A stretch of 64,000 nt of DNA from Octopus vulgaris (lineage: Eukaryota): assembly GCA_951406725.2 (NCBI GenBank), contig OX597839.1, forward strand, positions 3,100,001 to 3,164,000. The letters are read 5' to 3'. The notes under the pieces are model-generated. The model saw only the letters and a program-made list of their open reading frames with translations, was not told the DNA's origin and did not search any database. Position 1 is the stretch's first letter; each line of letters opens with the position of its first letter. A program made the position numbers and the translations under genes. Of this stretch, positions 38,776-54,514 are shown in pieces.

Positions 38776-39714
38776 CATACATACATACACATACACACAT
38801 ACATCCATATACACATGTACATATGCACCCATTTACATACATCTACGTACACACCCATACCCATACTCATACATACACACAAATATCTACACACATATAT
38901 ATATGTAAAAATAAATAAATATAATATAAATATAAAAGAGGATATACACACCCCATACACACACATATATATATATATATGTATATATATGTGTGTGTGT
39001 GTATATGTATATATAAATATATATATGCATGTATATGCCAGAGCGAGCTGGCAGAATACTTTATATGTGTATATATATTATATGTATACAATATTATGTA
39101 CATACACCTACACACCTACACACAAAATATATATAATATATATACACATATAATGTATATATATATATATATATGTATATAAATGTGTATATATATATAC
39201 ATGCATATATATATATATATGTTCTTGTTTTATTATTCACAGAGTTTCTCATATTTGATAGATATGTATGTACTGTATATGTATAAATATATTAGTGTAT
39301 GAATATGTAAGTCTATATATGGCATTATATAACAAACATATATGTGCGTATGTTGCACTTAGATCCATGCACACGCCCACAGACATGCACACACACACAC
39401 ACACACACACGTACGCACATATATACACATTTGGGAAATTAACGACAGATTCAGTGGAGCGTCAGATAAAATGATTTGTGATATCTCATTACTTGCTATT
39501 ATGGTATAAAAACATCCGGCAATGTTACTGAACCGATTCTAAATACCGGACCGTATCATTCTTCATTTAAGAGAATTGGGAAAACAGTACATACGTACAG
39601 GCATACATGCGTACATGCACACATAGACACATACACACATATAAGTATATATAAGTGTAAATATACATATAAACATATATATATATATATATATATATCA
39701 AGCCAAATATATAC

Positions 39715-39760
<46 letters not shown>

Positions 39761-39774
39761 AGCTAAATATATAC

Positions 39775-39833
<59 letters not shown>

Positions 39834-39908
39834 TATATATGTATATGTAGAAATGTAGTATACATATAGATATATAAATATATATATACGTATATGTGTA
39901 TACGTATG

Positions 39909-39953
<45 letters not shown>

Positions 39954-39983
39954 TTAACGGTCATTTTCATAGCATTTTTTCGA

Positions 39984-40056
39984 TGGCCGGATAACTGAAG
40001 AGATGGCGGCGTGGGTTTCCGCCCCGACATCCGAAACTTGGTGTATTATCATGGCT
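39984..40056 (+). ncRNA. Canonical type I hammerhead ribozyme in a short insert (about 39950-40130)
   Basis: gataa CTGAAGA gatggcgg...ccgccccgacatcc GAAAC ttggt GTA^ ttatc; stem I extends tggcc/ggcta. Confidence 0.82.
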
Positions 40057-40246
40057 ACCGAATAAGTGTCATATATATTTACAGATAAATTCCTCTTTCA
40101 TTCTTTTGTTGTCTTACTATTTCTGTCAATATATATATATATATATCATTACTTTTACTCGTCTACCCGTTCAAGTTCATATCTCTTGAGCACTTCGAAG
40201 TGTATAGCGAAAACCTGTCTCTAACCTATAAACTAAATATATATGC

Positions 40247-40319
<73 letters not shown>

Positions 40320-41766
40320 TGTGTCTGTGTCTCTGTGATGTCTATATATTGTGGATATCATATATACAAAGATATTCAGCAAATGGTTCCAGTCATTTGA
40401 CTACGGTGATACACACTGGAACACTTTTGATATATTATAAAACAACCCAAGTTTCGCGACCATTTTATATTTAATGGTTGCACTCTTCTGTCAGGCTCCT
40501 TACTTTATTCGATCGTTCTTTCCTTGGAACCTTCAACTCTAGTTAGAATCGTAAGGACGCCGTAGTAACAGACGGCTTGTTTTGGAAATTATAAACACAT
40601 CGGAAGACCCTCCCTTCTCAAGTCTGATACGAGAGAGAGAGGGTGGTTGAGAGAAATCAACCTAAGAATTGAATTGATTTGTTGACCTTGATCAAATGAA
40701 AGTGGTGGTGCTGGTGCTGGTGCTGGTGGCGGCGGCGGGGGTGAGGAGTCGGAAACGATCTCAGCGTGGTTTAGTCTCTGGGTATAGAGGACAGAAGTGA
40801 TTTTCTGAGATTTTAACGATACTGCCAACTAGCTGCCTTGTCTCTCAGGCCTTTCTATAAGAACCAAGGAGAAAGCAGTGGCTCCGGCCAAGAGATATGG
40901 ATGAGATTAAAAGAACATATTACAGAGATAGGTGGAGGATTGACAGAGAAGGAGATAGAGATAGATAGATAAATCGAGAGAGAGAGTGTGTGGGGAGGGA
41001 AAGAGAGAGACAGAGAGCCAGAGAGAGAATAGGATGGACAGAGATGTAGAGAGAGACAAAAAGTAGAGGGAGACAGACAGACAGACAGACAGAGAGAGAG
41101 GGAGACGACAGAGACAAAGAGAGGAACGATGCTAGCAAACATAAAATGTCTTCAGATGAGCAAAAATGGAGGGGGGATGGAATAGAAGAAACAATGAAAA
41201 AGAAAGATATTGTATGAGTAAGAAAAGAGAGGTAGAAAGAAGAAAGATAAAAATTTGAAACAGAGACAAAAGAATTAGAGAAGTAACGGGATAAAATAAT
41301 ATACAATATGAGCTGGAGAAAATACGCAAAAGATATTTAAAAAATGATAGAGATAGAAAGAAAGGAATAGATCGACGCCAGTAGTTGACTGCTGCTTTAT
41401 TTTATTTATTGTAGCGACCCCTAAAAGGATGAAAGGTGAAGTTGAGCGAGATTTAGAATGTAAAAGGATCGCTAATCATTTTATCGGACGCGCTAACGAT
41501 TCTTCTAGTTCACCCCTTTAATAAAAGGATAAATAGAAATAAATACGCATAAGAGAATAAAGTTTCTCTATGTGTGTGTGAGCGTGTGTGTTGTGTGTGT
41601 GTGTGTGTGTGTGTGTGGTGTGAGTATGTATGTGTTTGTGTGTGGTGTGTGTGAGTATGTATGTGTGTATGTGTTGTGTGTGTATGTGTGTGTGTGTGTG
41701 TGAGTATGTATGTGTTGCAATGAGTGTATGAAATGAAGAAAAAAGGGATTAGGTTATGTTTGCTCA

Positions 41767-41822
<56 letters not shown>

Positions 41823-41835
41823 TAGATAGATAGAC

Positions 41836-41918
<83 letters not shown>

Positions 41919-42576
41919 GTCCGAGTGTGTGTGAGAGGGCAGAGAATTATAGAGAGAAGAAATAATAAAATAAATGAGAGAGAGAGATGATAGTGAGAAA
42001 AGATTTAGAGACTGAGAATCAAAGATAAAAAGGCGAATACATGATTTTCCGTGTATACAAGAGGTAATTACCAGCTAAGCAGTAGGCGAGATTTTGAAAG
42101 ACTAAGAAACTGCTCCACTTGGGAACTTGCAGATAGAAGATGATCACTAGAAACCAATGTTCCGCATGTGAAATGGAACAGGATATATATCTTATGAAAC
42201 GACAAGAAGATACACAAAAAGTAAACAAGGAAATCTTGAAGTATTAGGAATAAGAATAAGTATGACTGAAAGAAGAGAGAATGAGATGTAAATGAAACAT
42301 GAGATGTAAATGGAGCAGAGCTTGAAATACAATAATTATGAATTACTTAAAAGACGAAGAAATAAAGTGTAAACTGTCATTTTTGGTGGGCAGTATACTG
42401 GAATATAAATATATATATATATATATATATAGTTAATCCAAACAAGAAACCACACAAAAGCTCAACAACGCGAGGACGTGGAACAAATATATGTATGTAT
42501 GTATGTATGTATTATAAGTATATATATAGTGTGTATGTGAATATCTTAATATTTGCATGTATATTATGTATGTATG

Positions 42577-42658
<82 letters not shown>

Positions 42659-42928
42659 TATATAAAATAATTTATATACGCACATATATTTATATATATG
42701 AATATATATATATACATATATATGTATGTATATGTATGTATATGTATGTATATATGTATGTATGTATGTATGCATATGTATGTATGTATGTATCTATGTA
42801 TATATATATATATATGGCACTAAAAGAGAATGATTCTTCCCAGACACAACAGAATGTGCTTCAACACGCGAACTCACATAAAGAATTTTGAAAACCAAAT
42901 CCAAAAATGAAAGATATATATGTATATG

Positions 42929-42989
<61 letters not shown>

Positions 42990-43296
42990 ACACACACACA
43001 TACATGCCCATACTCACACTCGCAAGCACACACACATACATGCATAAACGAAAATGGAATACAAAATTAGTTTTTCTCGGGTTTCCTTTCTAATTCCATC
43101 TGTTACTTGCCAGGCAGACGTGTTGTCTGTTTTCTTTCTAACGACTATATTGTTGATAGAATTGAGTACGATCGATTCATTTAAGTTATTCCCACTTCTA
43201 GGCATTTAACTTGTCAACACTGAAATTGGCGTTTAGTAATCAATGTGTCAACGATAATGAAGTGAGTGAGATGTGTCTGTCTACCTATCTATCTAC

Positions 43297-43350
<54 letters not shown>

Positions 43351-43563
43351 GTCTATCTATCTGTCTATCTATCTATCTGTCTATCTATCTATCTATATAT
43401 TTATCTATCTATCTCTCTATCTATCTATCTGTCTGTCTGTCTATCTACTTATCTATCTATCTATTTATCTATTTATCTATCTATCTATCTATTTATTTAT
43501 CTATCTATCTATATATCTATCTATCTATCTATCAGTCTATATATCTATACATCTATATATTTA

Positions 43564-43613
<50 letters not shown>

Positions 43614-43807
43614 CATTCATATGTATATATATGTACACATATGCATATATATACATATATACATATATACATATATACATATATACGTATACATGCATGC
43701 ATGTATAGGTTGTCTATTGACTGTATTACGCATGCTGGTCACCGGTAGGAAAATTTCTCCAAATTCTTCTCATTTCACATTCACACACACACATACACTC
43801 ACACACG

Positions 43808-43868
<61 letters not shown>

Positions 43869-44279
43869 GCACACATACATATATATATATATACGTACAT
43901 ACATACGTACACACACACATACACACATATGTATGCATATATATCTTCAGGGCTGTCTTGGTAGCATTATAGGCTTCTAGGCTTCTAGGTATTAGAATGC
44001 ACTCTGCCCTATACTATGTATTTATGGAGAGCAAGCCAAAGAATACATTGATTGGAATTGTACTCCGAGTCGAGAGTCTTCCGTACCACTGCTCCCTGTG
44101 CCAATGCCTGAAACGGGTCTGTGTATATCGTTTAAATCCATGGTATGAAGCGTCTACGTGGCGGTGTGCTAAACACATTTCTTACTCAACCACATGGTTC
44201 TGGGTTCAGTCCCACAGCGGTTACTCGATGGATCAGTGTCCTCCAGCCAGTTCTATACTGGGTCGCTTCTTTCAGATTG

Positions 44280-44600
44280 TCCACTCTTGATGGTGTCAAG
44301 CCAGCGGGTTCTTAATCGGCCTCTTCCTCTCTTGCCACTGACCATTCCGAGCATGATGTCCTTCTCCAGGGATTTTCTCCGCATAATATGACCAAAATAT
44401 GTCAATCTATGCTTGGTGATCCTAGCTTCTAGCGACAGTTTCGGCTTGCTCTGGTTAAAAAGTTCTCCATTTGTGAGCCTCGCTGTCCATGGAATCCGCA
44501 AAAGCTTTCTCCAACACCATCGAATCCGTAAAAGTCTTCTCCAACACCATGGAATCCGTAAAAGTCTCCTCCAACACCAAAGCTCGAATGCATTAATGCT
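44280..44600 (-). pseudogene. RTE-clade LINE C-terminal fragment
   Basis: INAFELWCWRRLLRIPWTAR.TN...LTYFGHIMRRKSLEKDIMLGMVSGKRGRGR. Confidence 0.9.
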
Positions 44601-44727
44601 CATCTGGGTCCTTATATATACTTAATTTGTCAAATTCCTTTAGATATATACTTTTTTATCTGCGGGAACACTTACATCTATAAGTCTACAAGTATTTTCT
44701 TCCGTCTCTTAAATAATTTTCTAGTCG

Positions 44728-45232
<505 letters not shown>

Positions 45233-45534
45233 ATCATCATCATCATCATCAACATCATCATCAACATTTGTCTTTTATGCCTTTGTTTAATATAATCTTT
45301 TATCACGACGTAAAATACTTATCGAATATTCCAATGCTAATATCTCGACTTCTGAAATAACACCATTCTGTGTGGTATTGTATATTGACACAGCTTCGAT
45401 ATTATTGGTTTTCAACCCACTGGCAGGTATATATTTCTTATCAATCCTATTCCTAACCTCTAACACCAACAACACTTTCCAAACCCAAATCCCAACAACA
45501 AATCGTGCTCCTTTTCTCCTTCTCCTTCTGTTTT

Positions 45535-45930
<396 letters not shown>

Positions 45931-46529
45931 ATATGTCTGTGTGTGTGTGTGTATTTATGTGTGTATCTATGTGTGCGTTTATGCGTGTTTCCATCTGTGC
46001 GTCTGTGTGCATCTACGTGTGCGTTTGCGTGTTTCGTTTGGATGCGAAATCTTAGTATTTGTAATTCTCTTTGTAAGAATTCTATTTTTATGAGAAAATT
46101 CTCGAGAACCACATTCTATATGATTTGTCACCTGAGACCAGATGGTAAAGATTATACAAAAAAATTCTCCGATTATGTATCTATTTTGTATCTTCTATCT
46201 CTAACTAAAATAAATTACATTATCTCGCCGTTTCTTACAGATTTTTCTCTCAAAACGTATCTAGTGCTACAACTTATAATAGCTGAAAGTAAATACAGGC
46301 TCCCGTTTATATCTTTCGAAATCATATTTTTTCTTTCAAATTTTGGCACAAGATAAGCAAGTTTGAGGGTTGGATGAGTTGACGGGGTCGGAGCAATAAG
46401 GCCAAATACATCGACTTTCAAATGCAGTACCATTTAAGTGCTGGGATCGATGTGATCGACTTCCACATCCTTTCAAAACTGCCGGTCTTTGAACCAAAAT
46501 CAAAAAGAATTATTATTATTGTTGTTGTT

Positions 46530-47448
46530 GCCTTTGCATAGCTTCTAACGCTGGAGATGTACTACAGTGTCAGCTGTTCACTACCAGTGAACTAAGGTAA
46601 CACCCCTTATTTTTCGAGCATCTTCCGGGGTATTCGAGCGGTCCCAAGCAGTGCTGTTTTCTGCAAGTGCTCCACCCTTATTGCAGCCCCTTTTTGTTTC
46701 ACTTACTTCCCGAGATTTTTGCTCACTGTTCACAAGGCTCCGACAATTATTGGTACTACTGCTACCTTTTTCATCGACCACAACTGCTTTACTTCCCAAG
46801 CTAACCTGTCATATCTCTCAACTTTTCTTTCTTCCTTATCGCATACCTTGTTGTCAGCTGGGCATGCTATATCTATGATCCAGTATAGTTTGCCTTTTTT
46901 CTCAATTAAGACTATGTCCGGCTTCCTATTTTCAATCTCATGGTCGCATTGAATCATAAAATCCCACAGGATATTTGCAATTCTATTTTTGGCAATTTTT
47001 TGCTCTGTCAAGTCCATACTTGTTGCAAAGTGTCCAATGGACCAGCCTGGCTGGTCGTGGCGTTTCTTATGTTCCTTCTTGGCTAGTGGTGTACATTGGC
47101 AGGTAATATGCCTTACGGTTTCACCAGTTTGTCCACAGATTCTGCACTTATCACTTTTTGATGTGTTGTCTATGCTTTATTTTATGTAGTTTGTTCTTAG
47201 TGCCTGCTCTTGGGCAGCACACTTTAGGGCCTCCGTTTCCGATTTTAAATCACTTTTAGTCATCCACAGCCATCTTATTTCTCTGTCCGTCTTATCTTCA
47301 ACATCACTATGAAATTGACCATGCATTCTTTTCTTTACCCACCTATTTTCAGTTTCATTTGTTTTCAATTTCTTGTATAGTGCTTTATCTTTGCAATCTT
47401 TCTTCCTACACAAACCTGACATTCCTACTTCTAATAATAGCGGTTCTG
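46530..47448 (-). pseudogene. R4/Dong-type non-LTR retrotransposon 3' part (CCHC knuckle + restriction-like endonuclease)
   Basis: MHGQF...LKSETEA..CAAQEQALRTNY; CRICGQTGETVRHITCQC; ILWDF...RKPDIV...IIDIACPAD; 3'UTR then CAA/TAA tail. Confidence 0.9.
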
Positions 47449-47469
47449 AAAAATCTCAGCTTATTTTGC

Positions 47470-47880
47470 TGGGTATGATAAAAAGTGTCAGCTGTCCACA
47501 GCTAGCAGACTAAGGTGACAATTGTTTACTGGTCGTGCTTCAAGAACCCTGCGAAGTATTTTTGTCGGTTCTAGCCATGCTGATTTTTGTAGGTGTTCTA
47601 CTTTTACATTTGTACCAGTCTTTTTGAACCATGCTGGTAGTTGAATGCTGATACTTCCAAGTGCCCCAATTACTATTGGTATCACGTCTACTCTCTTCAT
47701 TGACCACAACCTTCATATTCCCCACTTCACATCGTCGTGGCTGTTTAATTTTTTCTTCTTTCTCATTGACATGTTATGTCATTCTCGCCGGGACATGTTA
47801 TGTCAATTTTCATGCATATTCTCTCTTCTTTTTTCACCACAACAATTTCTGGTTTCCGATGTCTGGAAAGGTGATCGATT
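47470..47880 (-). pseudogene. Second R4/Dong-type RLE C-terminal fragment
   Basis: RHRKPEIVVVKK...IDITCPGE; MWSMKRVDVIPIVIGALG...ILRRVLE; abuts (TAA)n; close relative of 44850-45030. Confidence 0.85.
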
Positions 47881-47884
47881 ATTA

Positions 47885-47939
<55 letters not shown>

Positions 47940-48940
47940 CATTATTATTATTGAGTGAGTGCAGCGCATGCCAACAAAGTGACACTGGGGTACAAATATA
48001 CGAAGCCCAATATACACATCATGTCTACCCGTCTGATAAGGGTACACTAGGTACATGCATTACAACCATATGTGTACGACATGGTGATCTCATATCAAGA
48101 TAAACAGCGCATGACCTTGCAGGTGGGGCCCAGTTAGAATTTTCTTCTGGTCGAGTATATAGGTATCTTTTATCTTTCAGCTCCTTAATGCATCATTCTA
48201 CAAAACAGAATATATAGTACGATACAAAAGCACACAATAAGGAGTGTATAAAGTTATAAATGACAAAGGAATGATGAAAATTTATTTAGCAATAAGAAAA
48301 TTCAAATATCACAAGTTTTTTTGTAACTTAAAGAAAAGAAAGGTGATATATTTTATTATATTTAAAAATAAATAAATTACTTGTCTGCATTAACGCAAAA
48401 TACAAGAATCTTTTAAGTGCAAGAATACTTTAAAACAACGCAGAATTTAAGTTACTTCCTCAGGTTGAAGGTCTTTGTATAATACTAAATACTTGTCGTA
48501 ACGTTTCAAGAATGCAAAAACAATATTCAAAAGATTATGGAAGACAATATTAATAAATTTAATATTAAATAAAGAGACGATTGTCTAATAGGTGAAAGAG
48601 GAATTTGGTTATATAATCAAAAAATAACTAGAAGATATTATAATAAAAGAGATCAGAACGTAGCTTAATTTCTGCATAGTTTTAAGAGAATTTTGCATTA
48701 TGCAATAATACAGACATGAAAGTAATTTATTTATTATTAAATATAATAATATAATTTACCTTAACGTGATTTAAGTTACCAAACAATTTCTCGTGATATT
48801 TGAATTTTCTTGTTGTTAAATAGATTTTCATCACGCTATTTCTATGTCAATTATTACATGATGTATATAGAGAGATAGGCAGAGAAACTGAGAGAGAGAG
48901 ACAGCATGTTGCCTATGTATATAAATGTGTATGTATATAA

Positions 48941-49011
<71 letters not shown>

Positions 49012-49123
49012 GTGAAATAGAAAGATGAATAATCTTGTAGTAGTTCGAAACACGTGTAGAATGAAATAAAACGATTTCTGTTCAATCTGCGTTCAGCTCC
49101 ATTTCTTCAATTCACCAATAATG

Positions 49124-49162
<39 letters not shown>

Positions 49163-49264
49163 TATATACTCTTTATTTACTCTTTATCTTATATTAAACC
49201 TTTAATACTTTTTGATAGTTATATTTTAAAAAAATAATAATAATAATAAAATATATATATATAT

Positions 49265-49447
49265 ATATTTAAAAATTTATAAGTATGAATTATTAATTTA
49301 AATAATTTTTTAAAATTTTAACTTTAATTTAAATATTTTAAATTTTGAATTTTATATTTATATATTTTTTGTTAATTAATTTTATTTCTATGTATTGGTT
49401 TATGATTTTCGCTGTTTGATTTTCCTAATAGTGGTTTTATCTCTAAT

Positions 49448-49526
<79 letters not shown>

Positions 49527-49708
49527 CATATGTATTTAAAAATTTATAAATATAAATTAAAAAAATTTTAAGTTTAAATAATTTAAATTTTAAATTTTAT
49601 ATTTTATATATATTGTATATTATGTTTATTATGTTTATTTTTATGTTTTGATTTATGTTTTTCACTGTTTGATTCGCCTAATAGTGGTTTTATCTCTAAT
49701 TTAATTTA
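49265..49708. repeat. AT-rich about 190-bp direct duplication separated by (TA)n
   Basis: ctgtttgatt..cctaatagtggttttatctctaatttaat at about 49412-49453 and 49665-49705. Confidence 0.75.
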
Positions 49709-49829
49709 TATTTATACATATACATATATATACGTATATATATATACATATATATATACATATACATATACATATATATATATACATATGCATATACATA
49801 TATATATACATACATATATATAGACACAT

Positions 49830-50330
49830 ACATTATGTGGGCGATATTTTCAACCAAGACGTTCCAGTTGTGTCTGATTCTTCAAGTGCTTCAATTCTGT
49901 GTACGTACATAAATTTACTAGATTGGCAATTATTAATGGTTTTCCCCATTCTGTTGAGGTGCCATTTTTTTTATCATTAACAAAGTTGTCGGCATTTTTG
50001 ACGACACAGGTATCCTAGTATTTAATAAATCAGCTGGAGGTGTCCATCCGAAACACATGATCTACGGAAACTTCAGAAAGTTCACAACATTATGTGCTTC
50101 AATAGGCATACAAAACGGTTGCACCCTGTCTCCTCTCCGGACCTGGTTGGCCGTTGACAGCTTCTGTCTGAAACATTCTTCGCCTATTTTTTTATTTCCC
50201 TTAAATTTTTTTTAATGTGGATGTACTTCCATAATATTTTCTCACACGGTATGCTGGAACCAGTGATTTGCATGAGAAAAGGTCTATGAACGTCACATAT
50301 TACAGAAATTAATAGAAACCATACCCCGAG
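49830..50330 (-). mobile_element. Possible highly decayed Tc1/mariner transposase remnant
   Basis: Minus strand HNVVNFLKFP...WTPPADLLN loosely resembles WPPxSPDLN. Confidence 0.3.
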
Positions 50331-50512
50331 CAACAAATGATAATCACTCGGACTATTTATATATCAATCAATATTCAGAATAAATCGCCTGGACATAAAG
50401 CAGTCTTTGTATATAAAATTTTTTATTTAGAAGTAATTACTGAATCTACAATACCCGAGGACTCATTCTGCGTATTGGTAGTACATATATACATGCATAC
50501 ATACATACATAT

Positions 50513-50587
<75 letters not shown>

Positions 50588-50609
50588 TATATATTCAATG
50601 TACAAATAT

Positions 50610-50645
<36 letters not shown>

Positions 50646-50703
50646 GCATATGTGTGTATATATATACATATGTGTGTGTATGAAAATATATAGACTGCAC
50701 AAC

Positions 50704-50764
<61 letters not shown>

Positions 50765-50844
50765 GGGCAGTTATAATTATAATTAATTTATGTGCTCTGT
50801 GATGTGAGACATTTTATTTCTCGAACGCTAATTACCAAATTACC

Positions 50845-51600
50845 ACAACCTGTTGGAAGCTTGTGTTGGTAATAGCAAGTTGGTGCTCTGTGCAGAACTT
50901 GAGCAGGAGGTGTCCGTTGTCGTTACAGCCACCAACGACGTGTCTTCCTTGCCAAGCCTCAAAGTACCTCCCAACTCTTGCGTTGAAGTCACCAAGGATC
51001 AGGACCTTGTCGTTTGCAGGAGTGTTGTTCAAGAGTCTGCACAGATCAGAATAGAAGCTGTCTTTGTCCGGAGGATCTGCCAGTAGAGTTGGAGCATAAA
51101 CACTGAAGAGCGTGAGATGTTGTTTGCTCTCCAGAGGTAGGTGCATGGATATGATGCGGTCCGAGTGGCCCGTGGGTAACGTTTCCAGTTTGGAGGTGAT
51201 GGAATTCCTCACCATGAGTCCCACACCCGACACGCGTCTATATGCTTTTCCAGACCAGAAGAGGGTGTAGCCAGCGCCGCGTCCTTTGACGCTGCCCTCG
51301 TTAGCGAAGCGGACCTCGCTGAGAGCTGCTATGTCAATGTTGAGGCGAGAGAGTTCATAAGCTATGAGAGCCGAACGACGTTCCGGGCGGCTGCTGTCAG
51401 CCTTGTCAAGCATGGTCCTGACATTCCAGCAGGCAACTTTCAACTCCTGCTTACTTTTCTTCGGCTTTGTTTCCATGTTTGCTCGACCGCTCTGAAGATG
51501 CCCGTTGACCGCGGCTGGCCAACTGGGTATAGAGGAGACGAGCTTTGTTTAGGCGGACTTTTTCTATGTGGAGCAGACAGTGCTCTCCCTAAATAGGGCT
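50845..51600 (-). pseudogene. RTE-clade LINE 5' end: UTR + apurinic endonuclease domain (ORF 51476-50832)
   Basis: WNVRTM...RPERRSALIAYELSRLNIDIAALSEVR...SVYAPT...LILGDFNARVG. Confidence 0.93.
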
Positions 51601-51720
51601 GTGTATGCGTGTATATAATTGTAATAAGGGCTTAAATTTTTTAAGCCCTTATGATTATACATGTAATTTTCACCTTAACTCCAGATAATTATAAAAAAAA
51701 AACTTTCATCCTCTATTATT

Positions 51721-51834
<114 letters not shown>

Positions 51835-52777
51835 GTCTGTGTTTACATGCATATGCACATACTCATAAACGCTCACACATACACACATATTCTTTAGTTA
51901 CCATCTTACTTCTATGCAAAAATTCAATGAAATCTCTTTTTATAACCTCTAATGTCACAACAAAAGACGCTATATTCAAGCTACTGCTTTAGCACTAGTA
52001 ATTAATTAAACTTACTTTTTCCACATTCAAACTGCATTACTCACACGAATGCATAAACTCATGAAAGTAACGCCGTTTTTGTTTTTTAAATTTTGATTTC
52101 TCCTCAGTATTTTCCTTCTTTGGTAAAGAAATATCTCGAGGGTGAAACGCAGCGTGCATGAAAGAAATCCAAACGCAATCTATTTGCGACCAAGATTTTT
52201 CTGCGTTCTGCCGCAATCTTATTAATCCAAGTATTAATTTTTTTTTTTTTTAAAAAGAGTAAAACGTAAAATAACGAGTAAGATCTCTTACAGATTTAAA
52301 GAAACGAAAATGAAAGAAATTGATAGGATGTATCAGTGCAAACAATAAATAAATAAATGTCAAGTACGTATCTTGAAATGAAGAGGTTAACCCTTTGTAA
52401 TTGTGTTCAGAACATTTCAATATTTTCGGTACACACACAGACACACACAGATGTATGTATGTGTAGAAAATTAGTATAAACAGCAGTTTACCATGTTTCA
52501 CCAAAAAGGGAAACTATAATTGTCACTAAATATCACCAGAGTGTTAGAAACACCTTCATTGCTAGAAATAAGAGCTAAAATACTCTCATGCTGTAGTCAA
52601 AAACACATAATTTTATTCATATATACTAACATTTACTATAATCGTCCGAAAACACCGATCGAGAATTCTTTATACCGACGTCAGTTTCGGCAATTTCGGT
52701 TGCCTCACCAGCATGGACTGGCTCGAATTCAGCAGATTTCGGACTTGCATCTCTGTCAGTATATATGTTTTTATCAT

Positions 52778-52826
<49 letters not shown>

Positions 52827-52939
52827 GCACGCACACACAAATATATGCATACATACAGAAATATAAATAAAATGATGGTATATATATGTATATGAGTGGA
52901 TACTGGATAGTATCTGGTTTTAAAGTTATCGCGATAGGC

Positions 52940-53045
52940 TGGTGGAGGTCCAACCTTTCGTGTTCTTTTACAAGGCTCAGAAGAACTGAAGGACCGCTGC
53001 AATAAATGTATGAATCTGAGAGGAGAATACGTTGAATAAAATCAC
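52940..53045 (+). pseudogene. Mariner transposase C-terminal remnant
   Basis: QPFVFFLQGSEELKDRCNKCMNLRGEYVE* fits the L..RW.KC...G.YVE end motif. Confidence 0.65.
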
Positions 53046-53046
53046 G

Positions 53047-53095
<49 letters not shown>

Positions 53096-53235
53096 CATAT
53101 ATATATGTATATATATATTTATATGAAGTATATGATGTATATACATAGATATATATATGTATATATATGATGTATATGATGTATATATATATATATGCAT
53201 GTATGTATGCATGTATGTATGTGTGTATGTATATA

Positions 53236-53735
53236 TGATGGCTGCCCCCTCGTTATCGAGTATGGCTATTGCACGAAGCTTAATTGTTATTGGTGCTGTG
53301 ATCGAATGTGACTTTTTAGCCCAGCTAAAGATCTACAATGTCTTGTACAGAATTGGCAGCTAAAACCTTTACTGGTAATAGCCGGCTGTAGTTGTAACTG
53401 GGCTTCGTGTACCTTTGCATGTCGTTTAAGTCTTCCTACCGAATTACACTCTCTTCCACATGCTTGACAGATATGATTAGTATGGTGTGTAACAACACCG
53501 CCAGTGGCCAGGTTGTCACTCATCTGTCTCGCTTTATGACCACGAAGATGACTCTTGAGTCCAGCTTTACTGAGGCAGGGTCTTGCACAGACACTGCATG
53601 TCAGCATCATAGGAAGACCCTTCCCATTTGGAAGTTTAACAGCGATGCCCTTCCTGACATCCCTCCTTACTTTCTCATGCGCAACTCGCGGGATTGGAAC
53701 TCGGCGTGTTGTGTGTCAAAAACAAACATTCCCAA
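53236..53735 (-). pseudogene. RTE-type LINE 3' end with three C2H2 zinc fingers and short 3'UTR
   Basis: CSVCARPCLSKAGLKSHLRGH, CQACGRECNSVGRLKRHAKVH, CQFCTRHCRSLAGLKSHIRSQH; stop, about 50-nt UTR, then TA/ATAC tail. Confidence 0.7.
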
Positions 53736-54264
53736 GTAGTATAGTCAACAACGTCACGACTGTACCATTCCCTATATATTGTAAAAAAAAAAAACGATAA
53801 AAAGGGTCTTGTATGAAACACCGCAAATTTCCTACTCACTTCATACCATCTAACTTTATTTTATGAAGTGTTAATAAACATTTTCTACGGTTTGATTGTT
53901 TCGGCTTCACAAAGCGAATATTGCATTTTAATTCATATGTTTACGAGTTCGTGTACACTTCCGGTTTGCTTGCTATTCTGGTCATGTTGCTCTTGTATAC
54001 TTCCGGTTATTTTGCTATTCTGGTCATGTTGAATTTCGCCTTTATTCTCAGAGAAATGATTATTTTTTTTCTTTTTCATTCGCTATAGAATAAAAGTACT
54101 GAGAGAAAGAAGCGGGATGAATGGTTACACTGCTGTCAGTTTCAGTTCTGTGAGTTCGATACGGAAGAATGAATAAAATATTGGAGCTTAGTATCTTTTA
54201 TATTTTACAGGTCTGGGTCATAGGAATGCGGTGATGCTGGGGCATAACCTTGAAGAGCTTAGTC

Positions 54265-54514
54265 CAGTGGTTCAAAACCGGATCCTTATGGTCCTTGGGG
54301 TTTCATATAAGATTTCGTTGTTAAAATTTATCTGCAATGAATTTGTTATATTTCTACAATACATAAAATATTAAAAAAAATTTTCTGATACAATTCCTTA
54401 TAAAATTTATTTACAGATATATATGGTTTTTAAACAACGAATGACTAGGAGGACCCATTTGAGTAAAATAGGGATCAGAGGGGCCAGTAGGCAAATAATG
54501 GTTGAGAAACGCTA
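54265..54514. mobile_element. hAT-like MITE nested in an old family A SINE (about 54195-54665, minus)
   Basis: Ends cagtggttcaaaacc / ggttgagaaacgcta are imperfect TIRs; SINE sequence resumes after it. Confidence 0.5.

Noticed and set aside
40480-40870. Unique GC-richer stretch with Pro-rich ORF
   Set aside because: No recognisable coding or structural signal; left unannotated
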